DNA from: Myxococcota bacterium
GTDB lineage: Bacteria > Myxococcota_A > Polyangia > Polyangiales > Sandaracinaceae
Assembly: GCA_036149055.1 (NCBI GenBank)
Contig: JAYZQJ010000010.1
Coordinates: forward strand, 1-36,352
Length of the DNA stretch: 36,352 bases
Direction of reading: 5' to 3'
In this document: piece after piece, positions 35,274 through 36,352 of the stretch
Numbering within the stretch: position 1 is the stretch's first letter
Layout of the letters: every line of letters begins with the position of its first letter
Program-made: the position numbers and the translations under genes
The notes under the pieces: model-generated
Told to the model about the DNA's origin: nothing
The model's database searches: none
What the model saw: only the letters and a program-made list of their open reading frames with translations

Positions 35274-36239
35274 ATGCATACGCGAATCATCCTGATGGCG
35301 GCGCTGCTCGGCGCCTGCGGCGGCGGCACGGGCGAGGCCACGGTGCTGCTCGAGGCCGAGGACACGATCACGGGAGGCGTCCCTGCGGGGAGCTCCGGCG
35401 AGGCGATCCAGGACGGCTGGTCGGCGACCTTCGACGACTACATCGTGGTCATCGGCGACGTCGACCTGCACCTCGCGACCGACGAGACGGTCGAGGCCGA
35501 GGCGCCCGACCTGTTCGCGGTCGACCTCGTCGACGTGCCCGAGAGCGGCCTGGCGCTCTGGGACTTCGACGGCCTCGACGTCGGCCGCTGGGAGGTCTTC
35601 TACCGCCTGGGCGGCGCGGGCGACGGCGCGATGCGCGACCCGAGCGTCACCGAGGCGCAGTTCGCGGAGATGCAGGCGGGCGACTGGACCTACCTCGTCG
35701 CCGGCGCGATCACGCAGGAGGGCGGTCAGTCGTGCCCGCCGTCCTCGGTCGGCGCCGACCTCCGCGCGGACGCCACCCCGAACGGCAACGAGAACGGCGG
35801 CGGCGACGTCTGCTACGACGCGTCCGAGATCCGCTTCCGCCTCGGCGTGACCGCCGAGACCAGCTACGGCCCCTGCGAGATCGACGAGGTCCCCGGCTTC
35901 GCCGTCGCGGCGGGCACGGTCAGCAACGTCGCCTTCACCATTCACGGCGACCACCTCTTCTTCAACGGCTTCCCGGAGGGCGGCGAGGGCGGCGTGCAGC
36001 GCCTCGCGCAGTGGCTCGCGGACTGCGACCTCGACCTCGACGGAGAGGTCACGCGCGAGGAGCTCGAGCAGATCGCGCCGAGCGATCTCCCCGAGCTCGA
36101 CGGCCGCTTCCAGCTCGGCGGCGCGCCGATCCCGATCGACACCAGCATGTGGGCCTACGTGACGGCCCAGCTCAAGACCCAGGGACACTTCCAGGGCGAG
36201 GGCGAGTGCCCCGTCGACGGGATGGCGCACGAGCACTGA
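35274..36239 (+). CDS. Acidic lipoprotein with an EF-hand-like loop and His/Cys motifs
   Basis: Lipobox LGAC; DGWSATFD; TIHGDHLFF; DCDLDLDGEVTREEL; C-terminal GHFQGEGEC..HEH. Confidence 0.75.
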   Translation: MHTRIILMAALLGACGGGTGEATVLLEAEDTITGGVPAGSSGEAIQDGWSATFDDYIVVIGDVDLHLATDETVEAEAPDLFAVDLVDVPESGLALWDFDGLDVGRWEVFYRLGGAGDGAMRDPSVTEAQFAEMQAGDWTYLVAGAITQEGGQSCPPSSVGADLRADATPNGNENGGGDVCYDASEIRFRLGVTAETSYGPCEIDEVPGFAVAAGTVSNVAFTIHGDHLFFNGFPEGGEGGVQRLAQWLADCDLDLDGEVTREELEQIAPSDLPELDGRFQLGGAPIPIDTSMWAYVTAQLKTQGHFQGEGECPVDGMAHEH

Positions 36240-36246
36240 TCTTGTT

Positions 36247-36348
36247 GGGAGGGGCTTTCAGCCCCTCCCCCCCGCTGCGCCGTCAGACCCGTCATCGCTC
36301 CGGGTGCTCCGCACCCTCCGCAATGACGGGTCAGCCGGCTCCGCGGGG
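36247..36348. repeat. REP/MITE-like nested hairpin element (may continue past window end)
   Basis: GGGAGGGGCT-ttc-AGCCCCTCCC (36247-36269), then nested stems 36270-75/36343-48, 36279-82/36336-39, GACCCGTCAT/ATGACGGGTC (36286-95/36323-32) and GGGTGC/GCACCC (36302-07/36311-16). Confidence 0.6.
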
Positions 36349-36352
36349 CCCC

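Overview
Very GC-rich, gene-dense bacterial DNA. The gene content (Hanks-type kinase, MYXO-CTERM-like sorting tail, several Cys-rich lipoproteins, SMUG1-type glycosylase) points to Myxococcota, probably Polyangia/Sandaracinaceae-like; this is an inference. About 30 genes are supported. From left to right: (1) a frameshifted TPR-gene remnant; (2) a ~9.4 kb surface-glycan locus with a SAM methyltransferase, Wzx-like flippase, GT-A (GT64-like) glycosyltransferase, HxH-type 2OG-Fe(II) oxygenase and two coupled, paralogous ~900-aa polytopic membrane proteins with GT-C-like N-termini; (3) secreted and surface proteins, including a 16-aa CxxxC-repeat protein, a nine-heme lipoprotein cytochrome c and a matrixin; (4) a divergent Hpt-REC / Ser-Thr kinase-REC pair with no histidine kinase; (5) housekeeping genes yebC-ruvC, amidase-purT, an RND tripartite pump, ppk2 and kynureninase; (6) a ~184-nt intergenic rod-like structure with strand-biased G-U pairs (candidate ncRNA); (7) Cys-rich lipoproteins, one with a beta-integrin/CglD-like vWA domain, then a serine hydrolase, SMUG1, an EF-hand-like lipoprotein and a REP-like nested hairpin at the right edge. 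Many transcription units have TANNNT 5-8 nt before the start codon, which suggests widespread leaderless mRNAs. I saw no rRNA, tRNA, CRISPR array or transposase. Family calls come from motif recognition by eye, not from database searches.
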